From IMG/VR virus record IMGVR_UViG_3300005056_000001, positions 124,001-188,000 of that record: 64,000 bases of DNA, one strand, 5' to 3'. A program made the translations under genes and the position numbers. The notes under the pieces are model-generated. The model made no database searches. It had not been told where the DNA came from and saw nothing but the letters and a program-made list of their open reading frames with translations. Positions 19,218-28,354 of this stretch are shown here, piece after piece. The stretch's first letter is position 1; every line of letters starts with the position of its first letter.

Positions 19218-19916
19218 TTAAAAATCCTTTATTCGCTTTATGTATTTGTCACACACCGAGGTTTTTGATAAAGACTCCATAATGTCTTTGGTATTCTTGA
19301 ATGTATTTCCGTGTATTACTATAGTCCTTAGTCCCGAAACACGACCAATTGATTTCGGTAAAACATACAGTTCATTGTTTTGGAGCAAAAGTTCCTTTAG
19401 ATTGGTCAGGTTCCCGACCTCCTTTGGAAGTTCCCTGATACGGTTGTTGTCAACAAACAGATCCTCCAAGTTTTTAAGGTTGCAGATCTCGTTTGGTATT
19501 TCCTTCAGTAGGTTGTTTGAAAGAACCAATCTTTCTAGCGACTTTAAATTACCAATTTCCTTGGGCAGACTAGTGAGTCCGTTGTTTGCCAAATTAAGCC
19601 ATGTTAGATTGGGTAATCCACATAGATCAATTGGTATCTGTCCAAGGTGGTTTATTCTCAAATTAACATGCCTTAAATTTTTCAAATAACCTAGGCCACC
19701 CTTCAGGGTATCCAAAGAACAGCAAGACAAGTCCAAAACCGTTTCTTGTATCAACAGCTCAAAATCAATATTTATTAAGTTCATGAGCCATTCCAACTCA
19801 CCTCTGAGTGTATCAATAACCTTGGTACCCTTTGATTTGTCCAACTCTTCTGCCGACACAAAATCTCCAAGCAACAACATGTCGTATACTATTTTTTGGT
19901 CTTCTGTGAAATTCAT
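19218..19916 (-). CDS. leucine-rich repeat protein
   Basis: LPKEIGNLKSLERLVLSNNLL-type repeats. Confidence 0.92.
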   Translation of the reverse strand: MNFTEDQKIVYDMLLLGDFVSAEELDKSKGTKVIDTLRGELEWLMNLINIDFELLIQETVLDLSCCSLDTLKGGLGYLKNLRHVNLRINHLGQIPIDLCGLPNLTWLNLANNGLTSLPKEIGNLKSLERLVLSNNLLKEIPNEICNLKNLEDLFVDNNRIRELPKEVGNLTNLKELLLQNNELYVLPKSIGRVSGLRTIVIHGNTFKNTKDIMESLSKTSVCDKYIKRIKDF

Positions 19917-19917
19917 A

Positions 19918-20094
19918 TTAATAGGGTTTTCTTATCGGCCCCAAGAAAATGCTAGGAATATCCTTGGCTGTCATTTCTTTCTTGCTGCCATCTTTAAATG
20001 TGACCATGTGTGTGCCTGTGTTTGACTCTTTGATTTCGTACAGTTTTGCCGACTTCTGTGCGTACTCCTTGAGGTTACTGTCTTTTTTGCTCAT
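19918..20094 (-). CDS. hypothetical protein (58 aa, not in the ORF track)
   Basis: MSKKDSNLKEY...PIRKPY*; fills the gap exactly. Confidence 0.6.
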   Translation of the reverse strand: MSKKDSNLKEYAQKSAKLYEIKESNTGTHMVTFKDGSKKEMTAKDIPSIFLGPIRKPY

Positions 20095-20095
20095 T

Positions 20096-20395
20096 TTATT
20101 GGTTTTTATTTTTGGTTATTAATTTCAATACTGTTTTTGCTTCGACTAGACCATGTGTTTCATTGATAGTGGTTATCATAGCGTCAACCCCCATGGTTTG
20201 ATGGTAATACGGACGTTCTCCGTTGTCTAGTTTGTCCACCAACTCATTAATCTTCTTGGTTAGTGTCTTCTTGTATGCCTTTACTTTAATCTTAACAATA
20301 TCCTTGGCCGTAAGGTTGTAATATGTGATATTTTCTTCAGTGCTGCTGTAAATGCAGTATAGCCCGTTCGGTTGTTTTATAATTTGTTCTGCCAT
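20096..20395 (-). CDS. hypothetical protein
   Basis: IIKQPNGLYCIYSS, a common phage N-terminus. Confidence 0.65.
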   Translation of the reverse strand: MAEQIIKQPNGLYCIYSSTEENITYYNLTAKDIVKIKVKAYKKTLTKKINELVDKLDNGERPYYHQTMGVDAMITTINETHGLVEAKTVLKLITKNKNQ

Positions 20396-20405
20396 GTCCC
20401 TTGCT

Positions 20406-21686
20406 TTAGTCTCCCATTAAAAAATCAATTGCATCATTATCGTCGTCTATGATCTCATACACACCATCCTCGGTTTTGACCTCTTCTATCTCCTTGACAT
20501 GTACAAGATATTTTCTGTAATACTCAATCTTGTCTGAATACTTAAAGTCGGTCTGTGGGTCGTTAAACTTCAGATCCGAAAGCATGCTCAACAGACTGCT
20601 CGGGAGCTCTTGTTTGTTTATGAGCACCATTCTTCGGTTGCTATAAAATCCTTTTCGGATATCGGCCCTGAATTTTTTTGTGTCGAAACCTTTGTTCTCC
20701 ATACGTTTTGACTTGTCTGATTCGACAACAAATTCTACAACCCTGTCAATAAACTTTTCGTCATACAAAAGTTTCATTGATGGTCGAAGCTTTTTACCCT
20801 CTGTATCGACCTTCCCCTCGTGCTCCTCATTGATTGTTGCCACAAACTTTTTAATCTGTGTAGGAGTCGTTTTGCGCCTCATTACCTTGTTGGTCTTGGT
20901 TGTGGTTCGCCAAAGGTTTATTGCATGTATATTGTCGCCATCATCCCCACGAATGATTTTTTCGAGCATATATGCAAAGGGGCAGATATAAACGATGTTT
21001 AATATACTTTTGTATATCCCGTATATTTTTGTTTCGGGATGAATAAACTTGGAAGATTTAGACAGGACGTATCTAAGGTTATGATAGTGCTGTCCCATAA
21101 ATTTTGGGTTCTTGGATTTTGAGGTGTCACGCTCCAAGTCCTCCACGAATTCTCTCATGGATTCCGAAAGAAACAAGGTGTGTGTCTGTGGATTAAGTCT
21201 GTAACAGATATCATTAAGACTTTGATTTGCGTCGCCATCTGCCGAGAATATAAAACAGTCGTATCCCATGCCGTTGATGACACTGCCCACATAGGCCATA
21301 ATATCATCTGCCTCGGCCTTGTGTACACCAAGGACATAGACCCCGAACTGTTCCTGAATGATGTTTAGGAATTTGTTGTAGGCCAAATCAATTGTGTCCC
21401 AATCCATATCATCGTCCTTCTTTTTGCGGGTGCCCTTGTAGCCCTTGTCGTTGGTGCTTTCAAGAACCATTTGTGGGAACTCTTCATAGTAGTCGCAGGT
21501 ATGTCTCCATGACGGCTTAGAATCCTTGGTAAACAGAATACCCCATGGACGGTAATCCACAATGGCATTCTTGAGCGAGCCAAGAAATTTATTCACAAGC
21601 ATATTACATTGGTCGGGACTTGTTATTTTGGTACCACTATGCAATGCCCTGTGCATGAAGTAGGTACCATCCATTATCATTAACAT
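20406..21686 (-). CDS. rnh: T4-like RNase H / 5'-3' flap exonuclease
   Basis: IMDGTY, DSKPSWR, YKGTR, EADD, SADGD, GDDGDNI; start reassigned to 21686. Confidence 0.85.
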   Translation of the reverse strand: MLMIMDGTYFMHRALHSGTKITSPDQCNMLVNKFLGSLKNAIVDYRPWGILFTKDSKPSWRHTCDYYEEFPQMVLESTNDKGYKGTRKKKDDDMDWDTIDLAYNKFLNIIQEQFGVYVLGVHKAEADDIMAYVGSVINGMGYDCFIFSADGDANQSLNDICYRLNPQTHTLFLSESMREFVEDLERDTSKSKNPKFMGQHYHNLRYVLSKSSKFIHPETKIYGIYKSILNIVYICPFAYMLEKIIRGDDGDNIHAINLWRTTTKTNKVMRRKTTPTQIKKFVATINEEHEGKVDTEGKKLRPSMKLLYDEKFIDRVVEFVVESDKSKRMENKGFDTKKFRADIRKGFYSNRRMVLINKQELPSSLLSMLSDLKFNDPQTDFKYSDKIEYYRKYLVHVKEIEEVKTEDGVYEIIDDDNDAIDFLMGD

Positions 21687-21687
21687 A

Positions 21688-22689
21688 TTATTTGGTTTTA
21701 GGGGTTTTAATAATGGTAGAAAACAGGCGTTCAACCTTTTTTTGTAAGTCATCCACACAGTCGTTGACCCAAAAAATAATATCACACTCCTTGAAAATGT
21801 CAATGGTAAAGGAGGTTTCTGATTCTAAGGGTTTGTTTGGGTCAAAAATTCCAATCACCAAATCAAACATTCCTTTTTGGTTACAAGACCGTAATTCTTC
21901 AATAGAACGCATTCCTGCATACATATCATTATTCAACAGAATATACTCGGCAAGTCTAGATTTATTGGGTGTGTTGTATTCGCATATCATGTCAAACCAC
22001 TCGTCTCTCTTACTCCTTCTGTCAAGAAAACATTCCTCTAGTGTTTTGTATCCATACTTGTCCTTGAGTGCCTTAAAAATAAACAATTCATTGGCTGCTG
22101 TTGACGAGTCGCAATGGGTAAGGCCCACAACCTTGTTTATGATTTCTGCCAAGGTGCTTTTCCCGTGCTCTTTGTGTCCTAGTATAAGAAATTTAGTTTT
22201 TGTTTTTGCCCCAAATTCCTCGATTGTATCAACTCTTAGATGCGTCTTATAGTCTTGATTGTGTGATGCAGAATATAGGTAGGTTAATATACCCGCCTCA
22301 TTTAGCTCTTTGACGTGGTGAGCCCCATCGTCCAAGAAAATGTCAACATTGTGCTTCTTTAATGTTTCGACCTTGTTCGCCACCGTATAAACAGGGGCAT
22401 CAGGGAACCCATTTCGTGAAAGCCATAACTCACTTATACGGGAAGGAATCTTACGTGCCGTACAATACCCATCCACCTTAAAATTAATTTTATCGGGCGA
22501 GTTCAGAACAGGCATTAGTAGCCAAAAATCTTTGTCGTTTTCTACCTTATGTAGATTGTCCACAAATCTTTTGTCGTTATATTCGGAAGGTCTTGATTTG
22601 TCTTCGAAATCGAACCAATTATTAAAATGTGTGACAAAATCTGCCAATACACCATCAATGTCCAAGAATACTTTTTTGGTTTGTATCAT
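21688..22689 (-). CDS. HAD 5'(3')-nucleotidase fused to a P-loop dNMP-kinase-like domain
   Basis: DIDGVLADF...FLDD; then GHKEHGKST...GMRS..E. Confidence 0.78.
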   Translation of the reverse strand: MIQTKKVFLDIDGVLADFVTHFNNWFDFEDKSRPSEYNDKRFVDNLHKVENDKDFWLLMPVLNSPDKINFKVDGYCTARKIPSRISELWLSRNGFPDAPVYTVANKVETLKKHNVDIFLDDGAHHVKELNEAGILTYLYSASHNQDYKTHLRVDTIEEFGAKTKTKFLILGHKEHGKSTLAEIINKVVGLTHCDSSTAANELFIFKALKDKYGYKTLEECFLDRRSKRDEWFDMICEYNTPNKSRLAEYILLNNDMYAGMRSIEELRSCNQKGMFDLVIGIFDPNKPLESETSFTIDIFKECDIIFWVNDCVDDLQKKVERLFSTIIKTPKTK

Positions 22690-22738
22690 CTTTATTTTTT
22701 ACGCAACAATGTTGCTGTTAATAGTATTGTACTAACGC

Positions 22739-22993
22739 CTATTGTTTATATTTATCGTTTAAATAATTTTTAAACATACGTTTATTTATCCATGAAGCCA
22801 TCTTGTACGTGATAAATAAAAATAGCACATGTAATACAGGAGCAAGGAAACTCACACATCCAAACAAAAATAATAGAAGTGTAAATAAAAAACTACCTTC
22901 TACTATCAGTTCGATGTTTATGAGAGTCAAAAAAACGTTTGGGTAACGTTTCTGTCTCCATATTTTATACTCTCTGAGTTGTTGTTTAGTCAT
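22739..22993 (-). CDS. small membrane protein
   Basis: two hydrophobic segments. Confidence 0.55.
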   Translation of the reverse strand: MTKQQLREYKIWRQKRYPNVFLTLINIELIVEGSFLFTLLLFLFGCVSFLAPVLHVLFLFITYKMASWINKRMFKNYLNDKYKQ

Positions 22994-24017
22994 AATACGT
23001 CCTGTCTTTTTCGGCCATTGATGCAATCACCTTTGTCCTGAAAACATTGCGTTGTGGGTATGCCTTCAATATTTTGTTCATCTCAAACAGGATTCCCATG
23101 ATAACAACCTTTCTTGAGGCTGTCTCATAGATGTGCGAAAGTGATCCGATCGCATCCATTGTGTCCATGCACATAATGCGGGCACCCTCGACCATACCAA
23201 GCTTTCTTGCACCCGTAATAAATTCGTCGAAACATCGAGAGGCACGCTCTACGCCATATTCCTCCAACTCCTCGAATATGGCCTTGCCGCTCTTGGAGCA
23301 AAACACGGCACGCAGCAGTGGCGACATATTGTCCCCGAACTTCACGTCAGACATTGTGATGCGTGCCTCTTTTGTGTCATTGAGTGTTTGTAGGTGTTGA
23401 ATACCGTTCCGTAAACATTCCTTGTATGTTTTAAACAGGTATTCAACAACACCGTCCTCGACAGGCTTGACCGAAATGTTTTTATAGTAGGCACAAATAG
23501 CAGACTTCATTTCGTGTAGCTCCTTTTTGGTGAGGTCAAAGGTCACGACATTTGCCATAACCCGATTGAATAATGCACCCTCAAGAGAAAGTGTGTTCGA
23601 GGTCAATATAAAGTTGGTATTCACACTTTTCTCCATTGAACTTGCCAATTGTTCCTGTCCGTTTTTGTGTAAACGGTTTATCTCATCAATAAAGATAATA
23701 CTCTTACCGATACGGGCACGTCCTAGAAATTCGTCTACAACTTTGCGGATGTGTTCGGGTTTTGTTTTTGAGGCATCCAAGTACAGTTTCGACCCCTTGT
23801 GGTGGTAATATAACGAGAATATTGATTTACCCTTTGTGGTTTTACCGTTTCCGAACGAACCAAAAAATAAATAGTTTCGGTCTATTCCGTTTTCGGTTTC
23901 ATGGATCTGTCCAAGTATTCTTGGATGTAGGATGATTTCATTCTTCTTGACGGGACGTTTGTCTATTTCCCATGATCCTGTGTTTTTCATATTAATGTTT
24001 TCGTTTATGAATACCAC
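22986..24017 (-). CDS. clamp-loader AAA+ subunit (gp44/RFC-like)
   Basis: W..KRP, GSFGNGKTT, FIDEINRL, FILTSN. Confidence 0.8.
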   Translation of the reverse strand: MVFINENINMKNTGSWEIDKRPVKKNEIILHPRILGQIHETENGIDRNYLFFGSFGNGKTTKGKSIFSLYYHHKGSKLYLDASKTKPEHIRKVVDEFLGRARIGKSIIFIDEINRLHKNGQEQLASSMEKSVNTNFILTSNTLSLEGALFNRVMANVVTFDLTKKELHEMKSAICAYYKNISVKPVEDGVVEYLFKTYKECLRNGIQHLQTLNDTKEARITMSDVKFGDNMSPLLRAVFCSKSGKAIFEELEEYGVERASRCFDEFITGARKLGMVEGARIMCMDTMDAIGSLSHIYETASRKVVIMGILFEMNKILKAYPQRNVFRTKVIASMAEKDRTYYD

Positions 24018-24079
24018 GAAAGTAAGTAGAATATGTCACAAAACAAAAAATCCCACACATTATGTGCAGGATTTTTTGT

Positions 24080-24517
24080 TTATTTTATATAACCAAGCCC
24101 AACCAACATTTTTCTGACCACAAACCAATCAATAAAGGGTCTTTCGCTCCTTGTTAAGTCCCATGTTAATGGTGCCCCAAGTGTAATATCGTCAATAATT
24201 AGCCTACAGTCGGCCTTTGGAGAGTCTGTCCATTCGTGTTGGTCGGGTGTATTTTGGATCCCGTACAGCGGAATATTGTTATCTCGGAACCAACCAACAG
24301 CCATTTCAAGCGAACTGATACCGTTATCTTTTTGGTTGCCACGCATGGTGAATAACACCAACAAATGTCCGTTGTCCACCAATTCTCTTAGGACAGGAGC
24401 CGCACCAATATCATTACCAATATAAGGATACTCATGGGACAGTGGATGTGTTGCGCATGTTCCGTCAAAATCAATTGCTATTTTGGTGGGTTTCATGGGT
24501 TTAATGCTTCGTTTCAT
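24080..24517 (-). CDS. HAD-family phosphatase (BT0820-like)
   Basis: IAIDFDGT, LFTMR, SPK...IIDD. Confidence 0.8.
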   Translation of the reverse strand: MKRSIKPMKPTKIAIDFDGTCATHPLSHEYPYIGNDIGAAPVLRELVDNGHLLVLFTMRGNQKDNGISSLEMAVGWFRDNNIPLYGIQNTPDQHEWTDSPKADCRLIIDDITLGAPLTWDLTRSERPFIDWFVVRKMLVGLGYIK

Positions 24518-24975
24518 TGTTTTTTGTTTCTAACCAAACCCAAGTCATACCGAATACTTTTCCATATGTCGGCACCCGAACCATAATCGTTGAATACATA
24601 TTCCTTGGCGGGTCTTGTTCCTAAATCCCATACACCATTGTTTTCGTAGCTATCAAATTTAATTTTGGTGTACTTCCGAATGTGCCACATAAAGTTGGAT
24701 ACCAATCCAATGGTATTAAAAGAATTGTTATGAATTTCTATACCATTCTTTTCTACAATTATACTCAGTCTACCGCTATCAAGCAATGTTTTATCAACAT
24801 ATTGACAATAGAAGTTTGTGGACATATTCCATGCAAACATCATATTTCCATGCTTTTCTAGTATAGCCAAAATGTCGGTACGGTGCTCCTCGTTATCGGT
24901 AAATTCCTCTGTATATCGTGGTTTAATATTTCTAAAAAATAGTAACTCCGCTTTTTTGTCTATATTTTCCATCAA
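24514..24975 (-). CDS. hypothetical protein
   Basis: overlapping ORF. Confidence 0.6.
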   Translation of the reverse strand: MMENIDKKAELLFFRNIKPRYTEEFTDNEEHRTDILAILEKHGNMMFAWNMSTNFYCQYVDKTLLDSGRLSIIVEKNGIEIHNNSFNTIGLVSNFMWHIRKYTKIKFDSYENNGVWDLGTRPAKEYVFNDYGSGADIWKSIRYDLGLVRNKKQ

Positions 24976-25026
24976 TGTTCCTGTTTATTAGTAATGATGT
25001 AGATAACGAAAAATATGCGGTTGTGT

Positions 25027-25728
25027 TTAACCCCGTCCTGTTATATTTGACGGGAGGTGGTTCCATGACACGTCCATTAACTTGGTTTGTACCAAGGTAA
25101 TAATTTCCATATAAAGATTGAGTCCGTTGTCGAAGGTGAAAATATTCTCCGAATCATCGGATCCAATATCTTCCCACCAAAGCGTTACTTTCTTGGATGT
25201 TATTTTAAGCTTCCCTACGATATTGGCAAGATCCCAATACTTGTCGTAATTGTCGTCGCCTGCACCCTTTGGTTTTGGTTTAAAAACACGATTTTGGGCC
25301 ACAAAAATATCGGATTCGATTGCCACCGTTTGCTGTTCCATGTTATATAGTGCCACCTTGGCCAATATTTTATTGGCAAGATTCCTTAGACGGGCATACT
25401 TTAGGGTATCAAAAACCATTTGTGAGTAATTGATATTGTTGTGATATAGTGGTCTTCTGATCTTCCATTGTATGATGTAAAACTTTCGGAATGTTGCAAG
25501 ATTGTAATGCGACACATCTATCAAGTCACAGACTTCCTTGTTGAATGTAAAAAGTTTTAACATACCGTCGTCAATATGAAATTGTCCGTATTCTTTGTTG
25601 TACACAGAAACGCTTTCGCTGAGTGGTTTATAATTATTGACAGCCTCCGTCAATAAATCCTCGTTTACACGTATTGCCTCCACCAACTCTTTTGATGGCA
25701 GTTGTTCGTTTTTGATATATTTGCCCAT
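25027..25728 (-). CDS. hypothetical, possibly late/head protein
   Basis: GTACATA upstream (25759-25765); LVE/VNE/LTE/LSE motifs near the N-terminus. Confidence 0.6.
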   Translation of the reverse strand: MGKYIKNEQLPSKELVEAIRVNEDLLTEAVNNYKPLSESVSVYNKEYGQFHIDDGMLKLFTFNKEVCDLIDVSHYNLATFRKFYIIQWKIRRPLYHNNINYSQMVFDTLKYARLRNLANKILAKVALYNMEQQTVAIESDIFVAQNRVFKPKPKGAGDDNYDKYWDLANIVGKLKITSKKVTLWWEDIGSDDSENIFTFDNGLNLYMEIITLVQTKLMDVSWNHLPSNITGRG

Positions 25729-26285
25729 TGTGATATTTATAATAATGAATACTTTGTGTATGTACCTTTGAAAAAAATCAATGTGTAGATAGCCGTTTTT
25801 TAGGGTTTTTTAGGCTTTACATATTATAAAAAATTATATCCTTACTGTTACTAGGGGTTTTGTGCAAAAAGCCTAGTAACAGCTATGCCACTCTAGCCCT
25901 GTATATGTCGTGGTTACAGCCCTGCTTTTTTTGTGGTTTTTTGTCAGCTATTCAATGTAAGAAGTGACAAAAACGCACAATACTTGCCGAAAATCAAGAA
26001 AATAAATGCTTTTTGGTCAAAACACCCTCGCTTTTTTTCGATTTGCTTTTTGGTTAAACTTTTTGGTTGACCGCAAACCCTTTACCTGTCGAGTGTTTAG
26101 ACTGACCAATCGGTCATTCAAAAAGTGCGTACCTATTATAACAAAAAACTATTATAGACGTCCAATTTTCCGTTTTTTGTGATAGTTCACGGTTTTTTTG
26201 GAAGAAAAGGTAATTATACGAATCAGTGTCAACAAATCGCTTTTGATTGCGTTAATGTTGTATTGATAACTTATTAAAATACAAT

Positions 26286-26777
26286 ATGGAAAACAACAAG
26301 GACACAGAGTCAATACAATACAATCAGGCAAATAAAAGACAGGTAAAGATATTATTGGAAGAGGGTGTCGAGTCTCCTTTCTATGCCACAAGCGGTTCGG
26401 CAGGAATGGACGTTCGTGCATACATCAACGGATCTGTAACCTTACAGCCATTTGAGCCCGTCCTTATCCCTTTGGGGTTTTGCATGGAAGTGCCATTGGG
26501 ACTTGAGGCACAATTAAGACCAAGAAGCGGTCTTGGAAAATTGGGGATCTCGATACCGAATGCGCCTGCCACTATTGACAGCGACTATAGAGGCCCTGTT
26601 AGTGTGCTACTGATTAACCTAACCACTAAACCATACACAATCCAACCAAACGACCGTGTGGCACAAATGGTTATTGCTCCCTACGAATATATCCAATGGG
26701 AAGAGGTAGAAGATTATTCAGATTTATCAACAACAACGAGAGGTAGCGGAGGCTATGGCTCAACAGGAAAAAAATAA
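26286..26777 (+). CDS. dut: trimeric dUTPase
   Basis: SAGMDV, RPRSG, TIDSDYRG, RVAQMV, RGSGGYGSTG. Confidence 0.97.
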   Translation: MENNKDTESIQYNQANKRQVKILLEEGVESPFYATSGSAGMDVRAYINGSVTLQPFEPVLIPLGFCMEVPLGLEAQLRPRSGLGKLGISIPNAPATIDSDYRGPVSVLLINLTTKPYTIQPNDRVAQMVIAPYEYIQWEEVEDYSDLSTTTRGSGGYGSTGKK

Positions 26778-27916
26778 TGGCCGAACGCAAAGAATATAGT
26801 TTAAAGCTGACATACAAAGTCAACGGTAGGTACCCCACAATGGGCGAATTTGTGGCACTGATGCAGGACGATGATTGTCACTATACGGTTTGTCCAAGAG
26901 ATATGCTTTCTGACGAAGACATGGAGGGTGTGTTCTTGGGGCACGTAAAGGAAAATCCGTTTTATTCGGAAGACAACAAGAAAGAGCCTATCGTAACCGT
27001 TGGGGTCTGTCAGAGCAGTGTCAATTTAAATGATATCGACATAGATGATATTAGTACATTCAGTACAGTAGACCTGCCTGCCGACAAGTTGGTTGTGTTG
27101 GATGTTATGGTCGGCAACGACACCACAAATCTTGAGTTTTCATCGACACAATTTGAGGGTCTAGGTTTTTATGCATGGATTTGTGAGAACGACACCGAGT
27201 CGGGAAAGTATATTAATTTCTTGGCATTCAAGGAAATCACAGAACGTTACTACGAACTATGCAAACAACCCCTCCCAAGGATTTTCCTAACAGACATAAA
27301 CCTGACAGACAATCCTACCCCCAACGTCAAAACCACAACCGCACGTGATGATTATATTCGGGAATATTTACACAAAACACTTCCCAACGAGAAATTGACC
27401 GAGTATAGTATACAGAAATCGTTTGTCGAGAATATTGAGTCACTATGTGTGGTACATCCATACCTAATGAACAACGGGATTGCCATGAGGATAGTGGTCA
27501 AGTCCGACTTGCTATTTAGATACATCCCGAATGACGAGAATATTTACGTGCATAATTTCGCACGTGAATTTATGGTTGCCTCTGCATACCTAGGAACAGA
27601 CATTACGGTGGTGTGTAACAATGTTCCGTTGTGTAGGGATATGCTCAATGCTGCCGACATTCCATACCACAACGTGACAACCCCAACATTGACCATAAGC
27701 GAGTACAATTACACCTGTATAAACGAGCATTGTTTTGAGGGTTTTGTGTCTGTATTTAGCACACTATTCAAGACGATATTATTGGATTTCCAAAACCTTG
27801 TCGGCTTTACCTATGACGAACAAAAGCGAACATTGGACAATCTATATAGTAGCTCATTCCAATATTCGTCACAGATGCTTAATGATATTATTAACCATAT
27901 AAAAACAACCAAATGA
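26777..27916 (+). CDS. hypothetical protein
   Basis: long ORF coupled to dut. Confidence 0.7.
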   Translation: MAERKEYSLKLTYKVNGRYPTMGEFVALMQDDDCHYTVCPRDMLSDEDMEGVFLGHVKENPFYSEDNKKEPIVTVGVCQSSVNLNDIDIDDISTFSTVDLPADKLVVLDVMVGNDTTNLEFSSTQFEGLGFYAWICENDTESGKYINFLAFKEITERYYELCKQPLPRIFLTDINLTDNPTPNVKTTTARDDYIREYLHKTLPNEKLTEYSIQKSFVENIESLCVVHPYLMNNGIAMRIVVKSDLLFRYIPNDENIYVHNFAREFMVASAYLGTDITVVCNNVPLCRDMLNAADIPYHNVTTPTLTISEYNYTCINEHCFEGFVSVFSTLFKTILLDFQNLVGFTYDEQKRTLDNLYSSSFQYSSQMLNDIINHIKTTK

Positions 27917-28242
27917 TTGACTACAGATTAAAGATATTAAATGTTGCACTAGAAGATTCACAAAAGGCGAATTACATAAAACAGATCGGACTCGATATTG
28001 ATGACGTGGTAAATAACACAACACATCAACAAATGTATAGGTCTGTCAAGGAAATGACCACAACAGTATATTTCGGGGACAGTATTGAGAGTCGGGTCGT
28101 ATTGATGCGGGGAAGCGAATATGACTTGTTGGTACAAACCATCAACGAGATCAAAGAAAGTCAACAACCAATGACAGAAGAACAGGATTCGGTACTCGAG
28201 ATTTTATTGACTAGTGAAGATATTGTGCCTCCAATAAAATAA
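27913..28242 (+). CDS. hypothetical protein
   Basis: ATGA overlap. Confidence 0.6.
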   Translation: MIDYRLKILNVALEDSQKANYIKQIGLDIDDVVNNTTHQQMYRSVKEMTTTVYFGDSIESRVVLMRGSEYDLLVQTINEIKESQQPMTEEQDSVLEILLTSEDIVPPIK

Positions 28243-28354
28243 TATCAAAAAATACTAAAATATTTGGGGCTTGCTTTGGTCATATGATTTTTTTATCGTA
28301 CTTTCGTTTTATATTATTGAATCAATAAACGATATAGTACGATAAATAAATCAT

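Noticed and set aside
25770-26285. tRNA genes
   Set aside because: No cloverleaf or T-loop consensus was seen here or in other intergenic gaps.
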